Below the pieces are notes generated by a model, which saw nothing but the letters and a program-made list of their open reading frames with translations, was not told the DNA's origin and ran no database searches. A stretch of DNA of 64,000 nt from Eledone cirrhosa (Eukaryota), in contig OZ024743.1 in NCBI GenBank assembly GCA_964016885.1, positions 107,446,001 to 107,510,000 of the forward strand. Reading direction: 5' to 3'. Both the position numbers and the translations under genes were made by a program. This document shows, one piece after another, positions 18,001 to 33,429 of the stretch. Position 1 is the first letter of the stretch. The number at the start of each line of letters is the position of its first letter.

Positions 18001-21000
18001 ACAACACCAACTCCCAGCACAACCAGCATCAACAACAGTAACAACACCAACCCCCAGCACTACCAGCATCAACAACAGTATCAACACCAACTCCCAGCAC
18101 AACCATCATCAACAACAGTAACAACACCAACCCCCAGCACTACCAGCATCAACAACAGTAACATCACCAATCCCCAGCACAACCAGCATCAACAACAGTA
18201 ACAACACCAACCCCCAGCACTACCAGCATCAACAACAGTAACAACACCAACCCCCAGCACAACTAGCATCAACAACAGTAACAACACCAACCCCCAGCAC
18301 TACCAGCATTAACAACAGTAACAACACCAACTCCCAGCACAACCATCATCAACAACAGTAACAACACCAACCCCCAGCACAACCATCATCAACAACAGTA
18401 ACAACACCAACCCCCAGCACAACCAGCATCAACAACAGTAACAACACCAACCCCAGCACAACCAGCATCAAAAACAGTAAAAACACCAACCCCCAGCACA
18501 ACCATCATCAACAACAGTAACAACACCAACCCCCAGCACTACCAGCATTAACAACAGTAACAACACCAACTCCCAGCACAACCATCATCAACAACAGTAA
18601 CAACACCAACCCCCAGCACAACCATCATCAACAACAGTAACAACACCAACCCCCAGCACAACCAGCATCAACAACAGTAACAACACCAACCCCAGCACAA
18701 CCAGCATCAAAAACAGTAAAAACACCAACCCCCAGCACAACCATCATCAACAACAGTAACAACACCAACTCCCAGCACAACCAGCATCAACAACAGTAAC
18801 AACACCAACTCCCAGCACAACCAGCATCAACAACAGTAACAACACCAACTCCCAGCACAACCAGCATCAAAAACAGTAAAAACACCAACCCCCAGCACAA
18901 CCATCATCAACAACAGTAACAACACCAACTCCCAGCACAACCAGCATTAACAACAGTAACAACACCAACTCCCAGCACAACCAGCATCAACAACAGTAAC
19001 AACACCAACCCCCAGCACTAGCAGCATCAACAACAGTAACAACACCAACCCCCAGCTCTACCAGCATCAACAACAGTAACAACACCAACCCCCAGCACAA
19101 CCAGCATCAACAACAGTAACAACACTAACTCCCAGCACAACCATCATCAAAAACAGTAACAACACCAACCCCCAGCACAACCAGCATCAACAACAGTAAC
19201 AACACCAAACCCCAGCACAACCAGCATCAACAACAGTAACAACAACAACCCCCAGCACAACCAGCATCAACAACCATAACAACACCAACTCCCAGCACAA
19301 CCAGCATCAACAACAGTAACAACACTAACTCCCAGCACAACCATCATCAACAACAGTAACAACACCAACCCCCAGCACAACCAGCATCAACAACAGTAAC
19401 AACACCAAACCCCAGCACAACCAGCATCAACAACAGTAACAACACCAACCCCCAGCACAACCAGCATCAACAGCCATAACAACACCAACCCCCAGCACAA
19501 CCAGCATCAACAACAGTAACAACACCAACCCCCAGCACTACCAGCATCAACAACATTACCAACACCAACCCCCAGCACAACCAGCATCAACAACAGTAAC
19601 AACACCAACCCCCAGCACAACCATCATCAACAACAGTAACAACACCAACCACCAGCACAACCAGCATCAACAACAGTAACAACACCAACCCCCAGCACTA
19701 CCAGCATCAACAACAGTAACAACACCAACTCCCAGCACAACCATCATCAACAACAGTAACAACACCAACCCCAGTACAAACAGCATCAACAACAGTAACA
19801 ACACCAACCCCCAACACAACCAGCATCAACAACAGTAACAACACCAACCCCCAGCACTACCAGCATCAACAACAGTAACAACACCAACTCCCAGCACAAC
19901 CATCATCAACAACAGTAACAACACCAACCCCCAGCACTACCAGCATCAACAACAGTAACAACACCAACTCCCAGCACAACCATCATCAACAACAGTAACA
20001 ACACCAACCCCCAGCACTACCAGCATCAACAACAGTAACAACACCAACCCCCAGCACAACCAGTATCAACAACAGTAACATCACCAACCCCCAGCACAAC
20101 CAGCATCAACAACAGTAACAACACCAACCCCCAGCACAACCAGCATCAACAACAGTAACAACACCAACCCCTAGCACTACCAGCATCAACAACAGTAACA
20201 AAACCAACTCCCAGCACAACCATCATCAACAACAGTAACAACACCAACCCCAGCACAACCAGCAATAAACAACAGTAACATAACCAACTCCCAGCACAAC
20301 CAGCATCAACAACAGTAACAACACCAACCCCCAGCACTACCAGTATCAACAACAGTAACAACACCAACCCCTAGCACTACCAGCATCAACAACAGTAACA
20401 ACACCAACCCCTAGCACTACCAGCATCAACAACAGTAACAAAACCAACTCCCAGCACAACCTTCATCAACAACAGTAACAACACCAACCCCAGCACAACC
20501 AGCAATAAACAACAGTAACATCACCAACTCCCAGCACAACCAGTATCAACAACAGTAACATCACCAACCCCCAGCACAACCAGCATCAACAACAGTAACA
20601 ACACCAACCCCCAGCACAACCAGCATCAACAACAGTAACAACACCAACCCCTAGCACTACCAGCATCAACAACAGTAACAAAACCAACTCCCAGCACAAC
20701 CATCATCAACAACAGTAACAATACCAACCCCAGCACAACCAGCAATAAACAACAGTAACATCACCAACTCCCAGCACAACCAGCATCAACAACAGTAACA
20801 ACACCAACCCCCAGCTCTACCAGCATCAACAACAGTAACAACACCAACCCCCAGCACAACCAGCATCAACAACAGTAACAACACTAACTCCCAGCACAAC
20901 CATCATCAAAAACAGTAACAACACCAACCCCCAGCACAACCAGCATCAACAACAGTAACAACACCAAACCCCAGCACAACCAGCATCAACAACAGTAACA

Positions 21001-24000
21001 ACAACAACCCCCAGCACAACCAGCATCAACAACCATAACAACACCAACTCCCAGCACAACCAGCATCAACAACAGTAACAACACTAACTCCCAGCACAAC
21101 CATCATCAACAACAGTAACAACACCAACCCCCAGCACAACCAGCATCAACAACAGTAACAACACCAAACCCCAGCACAACCAGCATCAACAACAGTAACA
21201 ACACCAACCCCCAGCACAACCAGCATCAACAGCCATAACAACACCAACCCCCAGCACAACCAGCATCAACAACAGTAACAACACCAACCCCCAGCACTAC
21301 CAGCATCAACAACATTACCAACACCAACCCCCAGCACAACCAGCATCAACAACAGTAACAACACCAACCCCCAGCACAACCATCATCAACAACAGTAACA
21401 ACACCAACCACCAGCACAACCAGCATCAACAACAGTAACAACACCAACCCCCAGCACTACCAGCATCAACAACAGTAACAACACCAACTCCCAGCACAAC
21501 CATCATCAACAACAGTAACAACACCAACCCCAGTACAAACAGCATCAACAACAGTAACAACACCAACCCCCAACACAACCAGCATCAACAACAGTAACAA
21601 CACCAACCCCCAGCACTACCAGCATCAACAACAGTAACAACACCAACTCCCAGCACAACCATCATCAACAACAGTAACAACACCAACCCCCAGCACTACC
21701 AGCATCAACAACAGTAACAACACCAACTCCCAGCACAACCATCATCAACAACAGTAACAACACCAACCCCCAGCACTACCAGCATCAACAACAGTAACAA
21801 CACCAACCCCCAGCACAACCAGTATCAACAACAGTAACATCACCAACCCCCAGCACAACCAGCATCAACAACAGTAACAACACCAACCCCCAGCACAACC
21901 AGCATCAACAACAGTAACAACACCAACCCCTAGCACTACCAGCATCAACAACAGTAACAAAACCAACTCCCAGCACAACCATCATCAACAACAGTAACAA
22001 CACCAACCCCAGCACAACCAGCAATAAACAACAGTAACATCACCAACTCCCAGCACAACCAGCATCAACAACAGTAACAACACCAACCCCCAGCACTACC
22101 AGCATCAACAACAGTAACAAAACCAACTCCCAGCACAACCATCATCAACAACAGTAACAACACCAACCCCAGCACAACCAGCAATAAACAACAGTAACAA
22201 CACCAACCCCCAGCACTACCATCATCAACAACAGTAACAACACCAACCCCCAGCACAACCAGCATCAACAACAGTAACACCACCAAGCCCCAGCACAACC
22301 ATCATCAACAACAGTAACAACACCAACCCCCAGCACTACCAGTATCAACTCCACTAACACCAACAACACCCAGCACTACCAGTATCAACTCCACCAACAC
22401 CAACCCCCAGCACAACTAGCATCAACAACAGCAACAACACCAACCCCCAGCACTACCAGCATCAACAACAGTAACAACACCAACTCCCAGCACAACCATC
22501 ATCAACAACAGTAAAAACACCAACCCCCAGCACTACCAGCATCAACAACAGTAACAACACCAACCCCCAGCACTACCAGCATCAACAACAGTAACAACAC
22601 CAACCCCCAGCACTACCAGCATCAACAACAGTAACAACACCAACTCCCAGCACAACCATCATCAACAACAGTAAAAACACCAACCCCCAGCACTACCAGC
22701 ATCAACAACAGTAACAACACCAACCCCCAGCACTACCAGCATCAACAACAGTAACAACACCAACCCCCAACACAACCAGCATCAACAACAGTAACAACAC
22801 CAACTCCCAGCACAACCAGCATCAACAACAGTAACAACACCAACTCCCAGCACAACCAGTATCAACAACAGTAACAACACCAACCCCCAGTACAACCAGC
22901 ATCAACAACAGTAAAAACACCAACCCCCAGCACAACCAGCATCAACAACAGTAACATCACCAACCCCCAGCACTACCAGCATCAACAACAGTAACATCAC
23001 CAACCCCCAGCACTACCAGCATCAACAACAGTAACAACACCAACCCCCAGCACTACCAGCATCAACAACAGTAACAACACCAACTCCCAGCACAACCAGC
23101 ATCAACAACAGTAACAACACCAACTCCCAGCACAACCAGCATCAACAACAGTAACAACACCAACCCCCCGCACAACCATCATCAACAACAGTAACAACAC
23201 CAACCCCCAGCACAACCAGCATCAACAACATAACAACACCAACCCCCAGCACAACCAGCATCAACAACAGTAACAACACCAAACCCCAGCACAACCAGCA
23301 TCAACAACAATAACAACACCAACTCCCAGCACAACCATCATCAACAACAGTAACAACACCAACTCCCAGCACAACCATCATCAACAACAGTAACAACACC
23401 AACCCCCAGCACTACCATCATCAACAACAGTAACAATACCAACCCCCAGCACAACCAGCATCAACAACAGTAACAACACCAACCCCCAGCACTACCAGCA
23501 TCAACAACAGTAACAACACCACCCCCCAGCACAACCAGCATCAACAACAGTAACAACACCAACCCCCAGCACAAACAGCATCAACAACAGTAACAACACC
23601 AACCCCCAGCACTACCAGCATCAACAACAGTAACAACACCAACCCCCAGCACAAACAGCATCAACAACAGTAACAACAGCAACCCCCAGCACTACCAGCA
23701 TCAACAACAGTAACAACACCAACCCCCAGCACAAACAGCATCAACAACAGTAACAACACCAACTCCCAGCACAACCAGCATCAACAACAGTAACAACACT
23801 AACTCCCAGCACAACCATCATCAACAACAGTAACAACACCAACCCCCAGCACAACCAGCATCAACAACAGTAACAACACCAAACCCCAGCACAACCAGCA
23901 TCAACAACAGTAACAACACCAACCCCCAGCACAACCAGCATCAACAGCCATAACAACACCAACCCCCAGCACAACCAGCATCAACAACAGTAACAACACC

Positions 24001-27000
24001 AACCCCCAGCACTACCAGCATCAACAACATTACCAACACCAACCCCCAGCACAACCAGCATCAACAACAGTAACAACACCAACCCCCAGCACAACCATCA
24101 TCAACAACAGTAACAACACCAACCACCAGCACAACCAGCATCAACAACAGTAACAACACCAACCCCCAGCACTACCAGCATCAACAACAGTAACAACACC
24201 AACTCCCAGCACAACCATCATCAACAACAGTAACAACACCAACCCCAGTACAAACAGCATCAACAACAGTAACAACACCAACCCCCAACACAACCAGCAT
24301 CAACAACAGTAACAACACCAACCCCCAGCACTACCAGCATCAACAACAGTAACAACACCAACTCCCAGCACAACCATCATCAACAACAGTAACAACACCA
24401 ACCCCCAGCACTACCAGCATCAACAACAGTAACAACACCAACTCCCAGCACAACCATCATCAACAACAGTAACAACACCAACCCCCAGCACTACCAGCAT
24501 CAACAACAGTAACAACACCAACCCCCAGCACAACCAGTATCAACAACAGTAACATCACCAACCCCCAGCACAACCAGCATCAACAACAGTAACAACACCA
24601 ACCCCCAGCACAACCAGCATCAACAACAGTAACAACACCAACCCCTAGCACTACCAGCATCAACAACAGTAACAAAACCAACTCCCAGCACAACCATCAT
24701 CAACAACAGTAACAACACCAACCCCAGCACAACCAGCAATAAACAACAGTAACATCACCAACTCCCAGCACAACCAGCATCAACAACAGTAACAACACCA
24801 ACCCCCAGCACTACCAGCATCAACAACAGTAACAAAACCAACTCCCAGCACAACCATCATCAACAACAGTAACAACACCAACCCCAGCACAACCAGCAAT
24901 AAACAACAGTAACAACACCAACCCCCAGCACTACCATCATCAACAACAGTAACAACACCAACCCCCAGCACAACCAGCATCAACAACAGTAACACCACCA
25001 AGCCCCAGCACAACCATCATCAACAACAGTAACAACACCAACCCCCAGCACTACCAGTATCAACTCCACTAACACCAACAACACCCAGCACTACCAGTAT
25101 CAACTCCACCAACACCAACCCCCAGCACAACTAGCATCAACAACAGCAACAACACCAACCCCCAGCACTACCAGCATCAACAACAGTAACAACACCAACT
25201 CCCAGCACAACCATCATCAACAACAGTAAAAACACCAACCCCCAGCACTACCAGCATCAACAACAGTAACAACACCAACCCCCAGCACTACCAGCATCAA
25301 CAACAGTAACAACACCAACCCCCAGCACTACCAGCATCAACAACAGTAACAACACCAACTCCCAGCACAACCATCATCAACAACAGTAAAAACACCAACC
25401 CCCAGCACTACCAGCATCAACAACAGTAACAACACCAACCCCCAGCACTACCAGCATCAACAACAGTAACAACACCAACCCCCAACACAACCAGCATCAA
25501 CAACAGTAACAACACCAACTCCCAGCACAACCAGCATCAACAACAGTAACAACACCAACTCCCAGCACAACCAGTATCAACAACAGTAACAACACCAACC
25601 CCCAGTACAACCAGCATCAACAACAGTAAAAACACCAACCCCCAGCACAACCAGCATCAACAACAGTAACATCACCAACCCCCAGCACTACCAGCATCAA
25701 CAACAGTAACATCACCAACCCCCAGCACTACCAGCATCAACAACAGTAACAACACCAACCCCCAGCACTACCAGCATCAACAACAGTAACAACACCAACT
25801 CCCAGCACAACCAGCATCAACAACAGTAACAACACCAACTCCCAGCACAACCAGCATCAACAACAGTAACAACACCAACCCCCCGCACAACCATCATCAA
25901 CAACAGTAACAACACCAACCCCCAGCACAACCAGCATCAACAACATAACAACACCAACCCCCAGCACAACCAGCATCAACAACAGTAACAACACCAACCC
26001 CCAGCACAACCAGCATCAACAACAATAACAACACCAACTCCCAGCACAACCATCATCAACAACAGTAACAACACCAACTCCCAGCACAACCATCATCAAC
26101 AACAGTAACAACACCAACCCCCAGCACTACCATCATCAACAACAGTAACAATACCAACCCCCAGCACAACCAGCATCAACAACAGTAACAACACCAACCC
26201 CCAGCACTACCAGCATCAACAACAGTAACAACACCACCCCCCAGCACAACCAGCATCAACAACAGTAACAACACCAACCCCCAGCACAAACAGCATCAAC
26301 AACAGTAACAACACCAACCCCCAGCACTACCAGCATCAACAACAGTAACAACACCAACCCCCAGCACAAACAGCATCAACAACAGTAACAACAGCAACCC
26401 CCAGCACTACCAGCATCAACAACAGTAACAACACCAACCCCCAGCACAAACAGCATCAACAACAGTAACAACACCAACCCCCAGCACTACCAGCATCAAC
26501 AACAGTAACAACACCAAACCCCAGCACAACCAGCATCAACAACAGTAACAACACCAACCCCCAGCACTACCAGCATCAACAACAGTAACAACACCAACTG
26601 CCAGCACAACCATCATCAACAACAGTAACAACACCAACCCCCAGCACAAACAGCATCAACAACAGTAACAACACCAACCCCCAACACAACCAGCATCAAC
26701 AACAGTAACAACACCAACCCCCAGCACTACCAGCATCAACAACAGTAACAACACCAACCCCCAGCACTACCAGCATCAACAACAGTAACAACACCAACCC
26801 CCAGCACTACCAGCATCAACAACAGTAACAACACCAACTCCCAGCACAACCATCATCAACAACAGTAAAAACACCAACCCCCAGCACTACCAGCATCAAC
26901 AACAGTAACAACACCAACCCCCAGCACTACCAGCATCAACAACAGTAACAACACCAACCCCCAACACAACCAGCATCAACAACAGTAACAACACCAACTC

Positions 27001-30000
27001 CCAGCACAACCAGCATCAACAACAGTAACAACACCAACTCCCAGCACAACCAGTATCAACAACAGTAACAACACCAACCCCCAGTACAACCAGCATCAAC
27101 AACAGTAAAAACACCAACCCCCAGCACAACCAGCATCAACAACAGTAACATCACCAACCCCCAGCACTACCAGCATCAACAACAGTAACATCACCAACCC
27201 CCAGCACTACCAGCATCAACAACAGTAACAACACCAACCCCCAGCACTACCAGCATCAACAACAGTAACAACACCAACTCCCAGCACAACCAGCATCAAC
27301 AACAGTAACAACACCAACTCCCAGCACAACCAGCATCAACAACAGTAACAACACCAACCCCCCGCACAACCATCATCAACAACAGTAACAACACCAACCC
27401 CCAGCACAACCAGCATCAACAACATAACAACACCAACCCCCAGCACAACCAGCATCAACAACAGTAACAACACCAAACCCCAGCACAACCAGCATCAACA
27501 ACAATAACAACACCAACTCCCAGCACAACCATCATCAACAACAGTAACAACACCAACTCCCAGCACAACCATCATCAACAACAGTAACAACACCAACCCC
27601 CAGCACTACCATCATCAACAACAGTAACAATACCAACCCCCAGCACAACCAGCATCAACAACAGTAACAACACCAACCCCCAGCACTACCAGCATCAACA
27701 ACAGTAACAACACCACCCCCCAGCACAACCAGCATCAACAACAGTAACAACACCAACCCCCAGCACAAACAGCATCAACAACAGTAACAACACCAACCCC
27801 CAGCACTACCAGCATCAACAACAGTAACAACACCAACCCCCAGCACAAACAGCATCAACAACAGTAACAACAGCAACCCCCAGCACTACCAGCATCAACA
27901 ACAGTAACAACACCAACCCCCAGCACAAACAGCATCAACAACAGTAACAACACCAACTCCCAGCACAACCAGCATCAACAACAGTAACAACACTAACTCC
28001 CAGCACAACCATCATCAACAACAGTAACAACACCAACCCCCAGCACAACCAGCATCAACAACAGTAACAACACCAAACCCCAGCACAACCAGCATCAACA
28101 ACAGTAACAACACCAACCCCCAGCACAACCAGCATCAACAGCCATAACAACACCAACCCCCAGCACAACCAGCATCAACAACAGTAACAACACCAACCCC
28201 CAGCACTACCAGCATCAACAACATTACCAACACCAACCCCCAGCACAACCAGCATCAACAACAGTAACAACACCAACCCCCAGCACAACCATCATCAACA
28301 ACAGTAACAACACCAACCACCAGCACAACCAGCATCAACAACAGTAACAACACCAACCCCCAGCACTACCAGCATCAACAACAGTAACAACACCAACTCC
28401 CAGCACAACCATCATCAACAACAGTAACAACACCAACCCCAGTACAAACAGCATCAACAACAGTAACAACACCAACCCCCAACACAACCAGCATCAACAA
28501 CAGTAACAACACCAACCCCCAGCACTACCAGCATCAACAACAGTAACAACACCAACTCCCAGCACAACCATCATCAACAACAGTAACAACACCAACCCCC
28601 AGCACTACCAGCATCAACAACAGTAACAACACCAACTCCCAGCACAACCATCATCAACAACAGTAACAACACCAACCCCCAGCACTACCAGCATCAACAA
28701 CAGTAACAACACCAACCCCCAGCACAACCAGTATCAACAACAGTAACATCACCAACCCCCAGCACAACCAGCATCAACAACAGTAACAACACCAACCCCC
28801 AGCACAACCAGCATCAACAACAGTAACAACACCAACCCCTAGCACTACCAGCATCAACAACAGTAACAAAACCAACTCCCAGCACAACCATCATCAACAA
28901 CAGTAACAACACCAACCCCAGCACAACCAGCAATAAACAACAGTAACATCACCAACTCCCAGCACAACCAGCATCAACAACAGTAACAACACCAACCCCC
29001 AGCACTACCAGCATCAACAACAGTAACAAAACCAACTCCCAGCACAACCATCATCAACAACAGTAACAACACCAACCCCAGCACAACCAGCAATAAACAA
29101 CAGTAACAACACCAACCCCCAGCACTACCATCATCAACAACAGTAACAACACCAACCCCCAGCACAACCAGCATCAACAACAGTAACACCACCAAGCCCC
29201 AGCACAACCATCATCAACAACAGTAACAACACCAACCCCCAGCACTACCAGTATCAACTCCACTAACACCAACAACACCCAGCACTACCAGTATCAACTC
29301 CACCAACACCAACCCCCAGCACAACTAGCATCAACAACAGCAACAACACCAACCCCCAGCACTACCAGCATCAACAACAGTAACAACACCAACTCCCAGC
29401 ACAACCATCATCAACAACAGTAAAAACACCAACCCCCAGCACTACCAGCATCAACAACAGTAACAACACCAACCCCCAGCACTACCAGCATCAACAACAG
29501 TAACAACACCAACCCCCAGCACTACCAGCATCAACAACAGTAACAACACCAACTCCCAGCACAACCATCATCAACAACAGTAAAAACACCAACCCCCAGC
29601 ACTACCAGCATCAACAACAGTAACAACACCAACCCCCAGCACTACCAGCATCAACAACAGTAACAACACCAACCCCCAACACAACCAGCATCAACAACAG
29701 TAACAACACCAACTCCCAGCACAACCAGCATCAACAACAGTAACAACACCAACTCCCAGCACAACCAGTATCAACAACAGTAACAACACCAACCCCCAGT
29801 ACAACCAGCATCAACAACAGTAAAAACACCAACCCCCAGCACAACCAGCATCAACAACAGTAACATCACCAACCCCCAGCACTACCAGCATCAACAACAG
29901 TAACATCACCAACCCCCAGCACTACCAGCATCAACAACAGTAACAACACCAACCCCCAGCACTACCAGCATCAACAACAGTAACAACACCAACTCCCAGC

Positions 30001-31510
30001 ACAACCAGCATCAACAACAGTAACAACACCAACTCCCAGCACAACCAGCATCAACAACAGTAACAACACCAACCCCCCGCACAACCATCATCAACAACAG
30101 TAACAACACCAACCCCCAGCACAACCAGCATCAACAACATAACAACACCAACCCCCAGCACAACCAGCATCAACAACAGTAACAACACCAACCCCCAGCA
30201 CAACCAGCATCAACAACAATAACAACACCAACTCCCAGCACAACCATCATCAACAACAGTAACAACACCAACTCCCAGCACAACCATCATCAACAACAGT
30301 AACAACACCAACCCCCAGCACTACCATCATCAACAACAGTAACAATACCAACCCCCAGCACAACCAGCATCAACAACAGTAACAACACCAACCCCCAGCA
30401 CTACCAGCATCAACAACAGTAACAACACCACCCCCCAGCACAACCAGCATCAACAACAGTAACAACACCAACCCCCAGCACAAACAGCATCAACAACAGT
30501 AACAACACCAACCCCCAGCACTACCAGCATCAACAACAGTAACAACACCAACCCCCAGCACAAACAGCATCAACAACAGTAACAACAGCAACCCCCAGCA
30601 CTACCAGCATCAACAACAGTAACAACACCAACCCCCAGCACAAACAGCATCAACAACAGTAACAACACCAACCCCCAGCACTACCAGCATCAACAACAGT
30701 AACAACACCAAACCCCAGCACAACCAGCATCAACAACAGTAACAACACCAACCCCCAGCACTACCAGCATCAACAACAGTAACAACACCAACTGCCAGCA
30801 CAACCATCATCAACAACAGTAACAACACCAACCCCCAGCACAAACAGCATCAACAACAGTAACAACACCAACCCCCAACACAACCAGCATCAACAACAGT
30901 AACAACACCAACCCCCAGCACTACCAGCATCAACAACAGTAACAACACCAACTCCCAGCACAACCATCATCAACAACAGTAACAACACCAACCCCCAGCA
31001 CTACCAGCATCAGCAACAGTAACAACACCAACCCCCAGCACAACCAGCATCAACAACAGTAACAACACCAACCCCCAGCACTACCAGCATCAACAACAGT
31101 AACAACACCAACCCCCAGCACAACCAGCATCAACAACAGTAACAACACCAACCCCCAGCACTACCAGCATCAACAACATAACAACACCAACTCCCAGCAC
31201 AACCATCATCAACAACAGTAACAACACCAACCCCAGCACAACCAGCAATAAACAACAGTAACATCACCAACTCCAAGCACAACCAGTATCAACAAAGTAA
31301 CACCAGCAAACCCCAGCACAACCAGTATCAGCAACAGAAACATCACTAACCACCAGCACTACAAGTATCAACAACAGTAATATCACCAACCATCAACTCC
31401 ACCAACACCACCAAGCCCCAGCACTACCAGTATCAACTCCACCAACACCACTAAGCCCCAGCACTACCAGTATCAACAACAGTAACATCACCTTCTATCA
31501 ACACCAGCAA
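1..31510. repeat. 40-bp tandem satellite, consensus AACCCCCAGCAC(A/T)ACCAGCATCAACAACAGTAACAACACC, about 785 units; continues beyond the left edge
   Basis: 40-nt period readable directly, with point variants and 1-nt indels. Units degenerate from ~31,190 and end at an A-run near 31,510. Consensus is 35/40 A+C on the + strand. Confidence 0.98.
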
Positions 31511-32911
31511 CAAAAAAAAAATCAAATCAATTATAACAGTTCCAACATAAAAATCTCTACAACAACCCTAAGAAAGACAACACGAGAAGAAAAAAAAACA
31601 CCTCCACCATCAGCAACAACAACCACAACAACATGAAACTTCTAGCTTTCGATTTTCCACTCTTACGTTCGACTTCACATCTACCCACACATCACATTAT
31701 CAGAGTTGTGTAATAATAGAAATACATATTTCCACAACTACTGCTGCTGCTGTTGATGCTCCTACTTCTATTGCTTGTGCAGATGATGCTGTTCCTGCTA
31801 CATCTGCAGTTGTAGTTGCTTGCTTCTTTTGATCTTGTTCTGGTTCATACAATTTTACCCCGTTCATATTTTGATTGTTTCATATTTTTCTGTGTCTGAG
31901 TGTGTTGTTGTGTATGTGTGTGTGTGTGTATGTGATTGATTTTGTGTGTGTGTGTATTCTTGTTTGTGTGTGTATTTTCTGTTCATATATTATTTGGTTT
32001 TTGCATTTGCTTTTAGCTTCTATTTTTGGAATCATTTTAAAAACACTTATCAACAGACTACAACAGCGACAGCAAGAACAGAAACATCAATAAACATCAT
32101 CACCACAACCACCATCATCATCATCATCGTCATCAACAACAGCACGAAGAATAGTAGCAAAATTACAACAGCATTAATTATATAACAGCCCAGAGCCATG
32201 AGTTAATAAAAGGGATTCAATATGGTCGCTTGTCTCACTGTTATGAATAACTGCAAATTATCCTATAAACCATATTATTTCGTCTGGTATATTGAAGGAT
32301 ATATTTGATAATATACACTTGATACACTATGAATAAACATGGCCACAAATACTGTTCAGTGATAAAGTTTATCTCTTCGCAATGATGAGGTTCATTGTTG
32401 GATCCACATTCTTGAAAATTTGGCCAGTTGTTTTTGTCAGCCTTTTATTGACAAAAACGTTTTAAGTGAAAATGGCTAAACTTAAGTTGAATGGATGTGT
32501 ATGATATGGTGTTTTCCTGTAACATAAAGGTCCAATTTTCTCAAAATCCTGCTGAAACACCTTGGAAACTTAATGTCTATGGAATGCTCAACGACATACA
32601 CGTTATATTCCGATAAGAACACCCGAAAGTGACAAAGAAGATGCTGTCCACTAATATGATTACTTTTTTATCATTTATAAATTTTGAAGATCATGTATAA
32701 TTAAATCATCTTATTTTCCGCAAGTCTATCCTTGGCTAAGTGGTAAATGACAACTGTAAATTAAGTAATATCCGCATATTTGTTGATCAATATAACCAGA
32801 TGAATCGTCGTCACTAAATTAAGACGTACCAACATATATCACGCAGACCTAGTTATCAACTCTAATTCAGCCATGAACATGCTATATTCTCTATATACAC
32901 AGTGTATAGTT

Positions 32912-33020
32912 TGAGGGTGATCGTCAGAGCGTTGGATATTTAGTCAGGATATCTGCATTCTGAGTTCAAAAATCGCCAATGCATGTCTTCCATTTGGGGT
33001 CCATAATGATAGGACAAAGC
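32912..33020 (+). mobile_element. Old degenerate tRNA-derived SINE fragment
   Basis: TTCTGAGTTCAAAAATCGCC (B-box-like) followed by TTCCATTTGGGGTCCATAA, resembling the core of the younger copies at 42.5 and 44.7 kb. Confidence 0.45.
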
Positions 33021-33429
33021 TAGTGTAGGTGATGTCCTCGCTCCGACCAGCTGGTCTTCCAAATATTCCACTACAGGAAGGGTAGAGAGGGTGTCTGAGT
33101 CTTCTCGTAATGCACGAGCACCTAAAACCCTTAGTTAAAGCATAGTGCATACTACCAAATCCTTTCCAAATTTCACTAAAGGCTGTACTCAATATAGAGA
33201 TTTAGATTATCAAAGGTGAGTATGATTTAATAGTTCATATTTCTAGCAGATCGATCAAATTAGGGAAGTTCCATCGATAGTACCACGTCAGTTTAAAGAA
33301 AACTTGCTACATCTAGGTGCTCTCGTTTTCACTCAGCAATTCTTGAGTCTATCGAACACAATTGTGAATAATATTGTGGAGGATACATCGGGGGTTCTAA
33401 TGAGTAAGCATTCATTTTTAATTAAGTGA

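Noticed and set aside
51-29207. Hydrophobic Leu/Val/Cys-rich ORFs on the minus strand, and a possible Thr/Asn mucin-like CDS on the plus strand
   Set aside because: The 40-bp period puts TAA (+) or TGA (-) in every frame about every 120 bp; the listed ORFs arise only where variants remove one stop.
1-31510. CRISPR array or canonical telomeric repeat
   Set aside because: No unique spacers, eukaryotic context, no (TTAGGG)n-type short unit.
33028-33222. Possible exon ending at AG|GTGAGT (~33217)
   Set aside because: No convincing open frame, acceptor or recognisable protein similarity.
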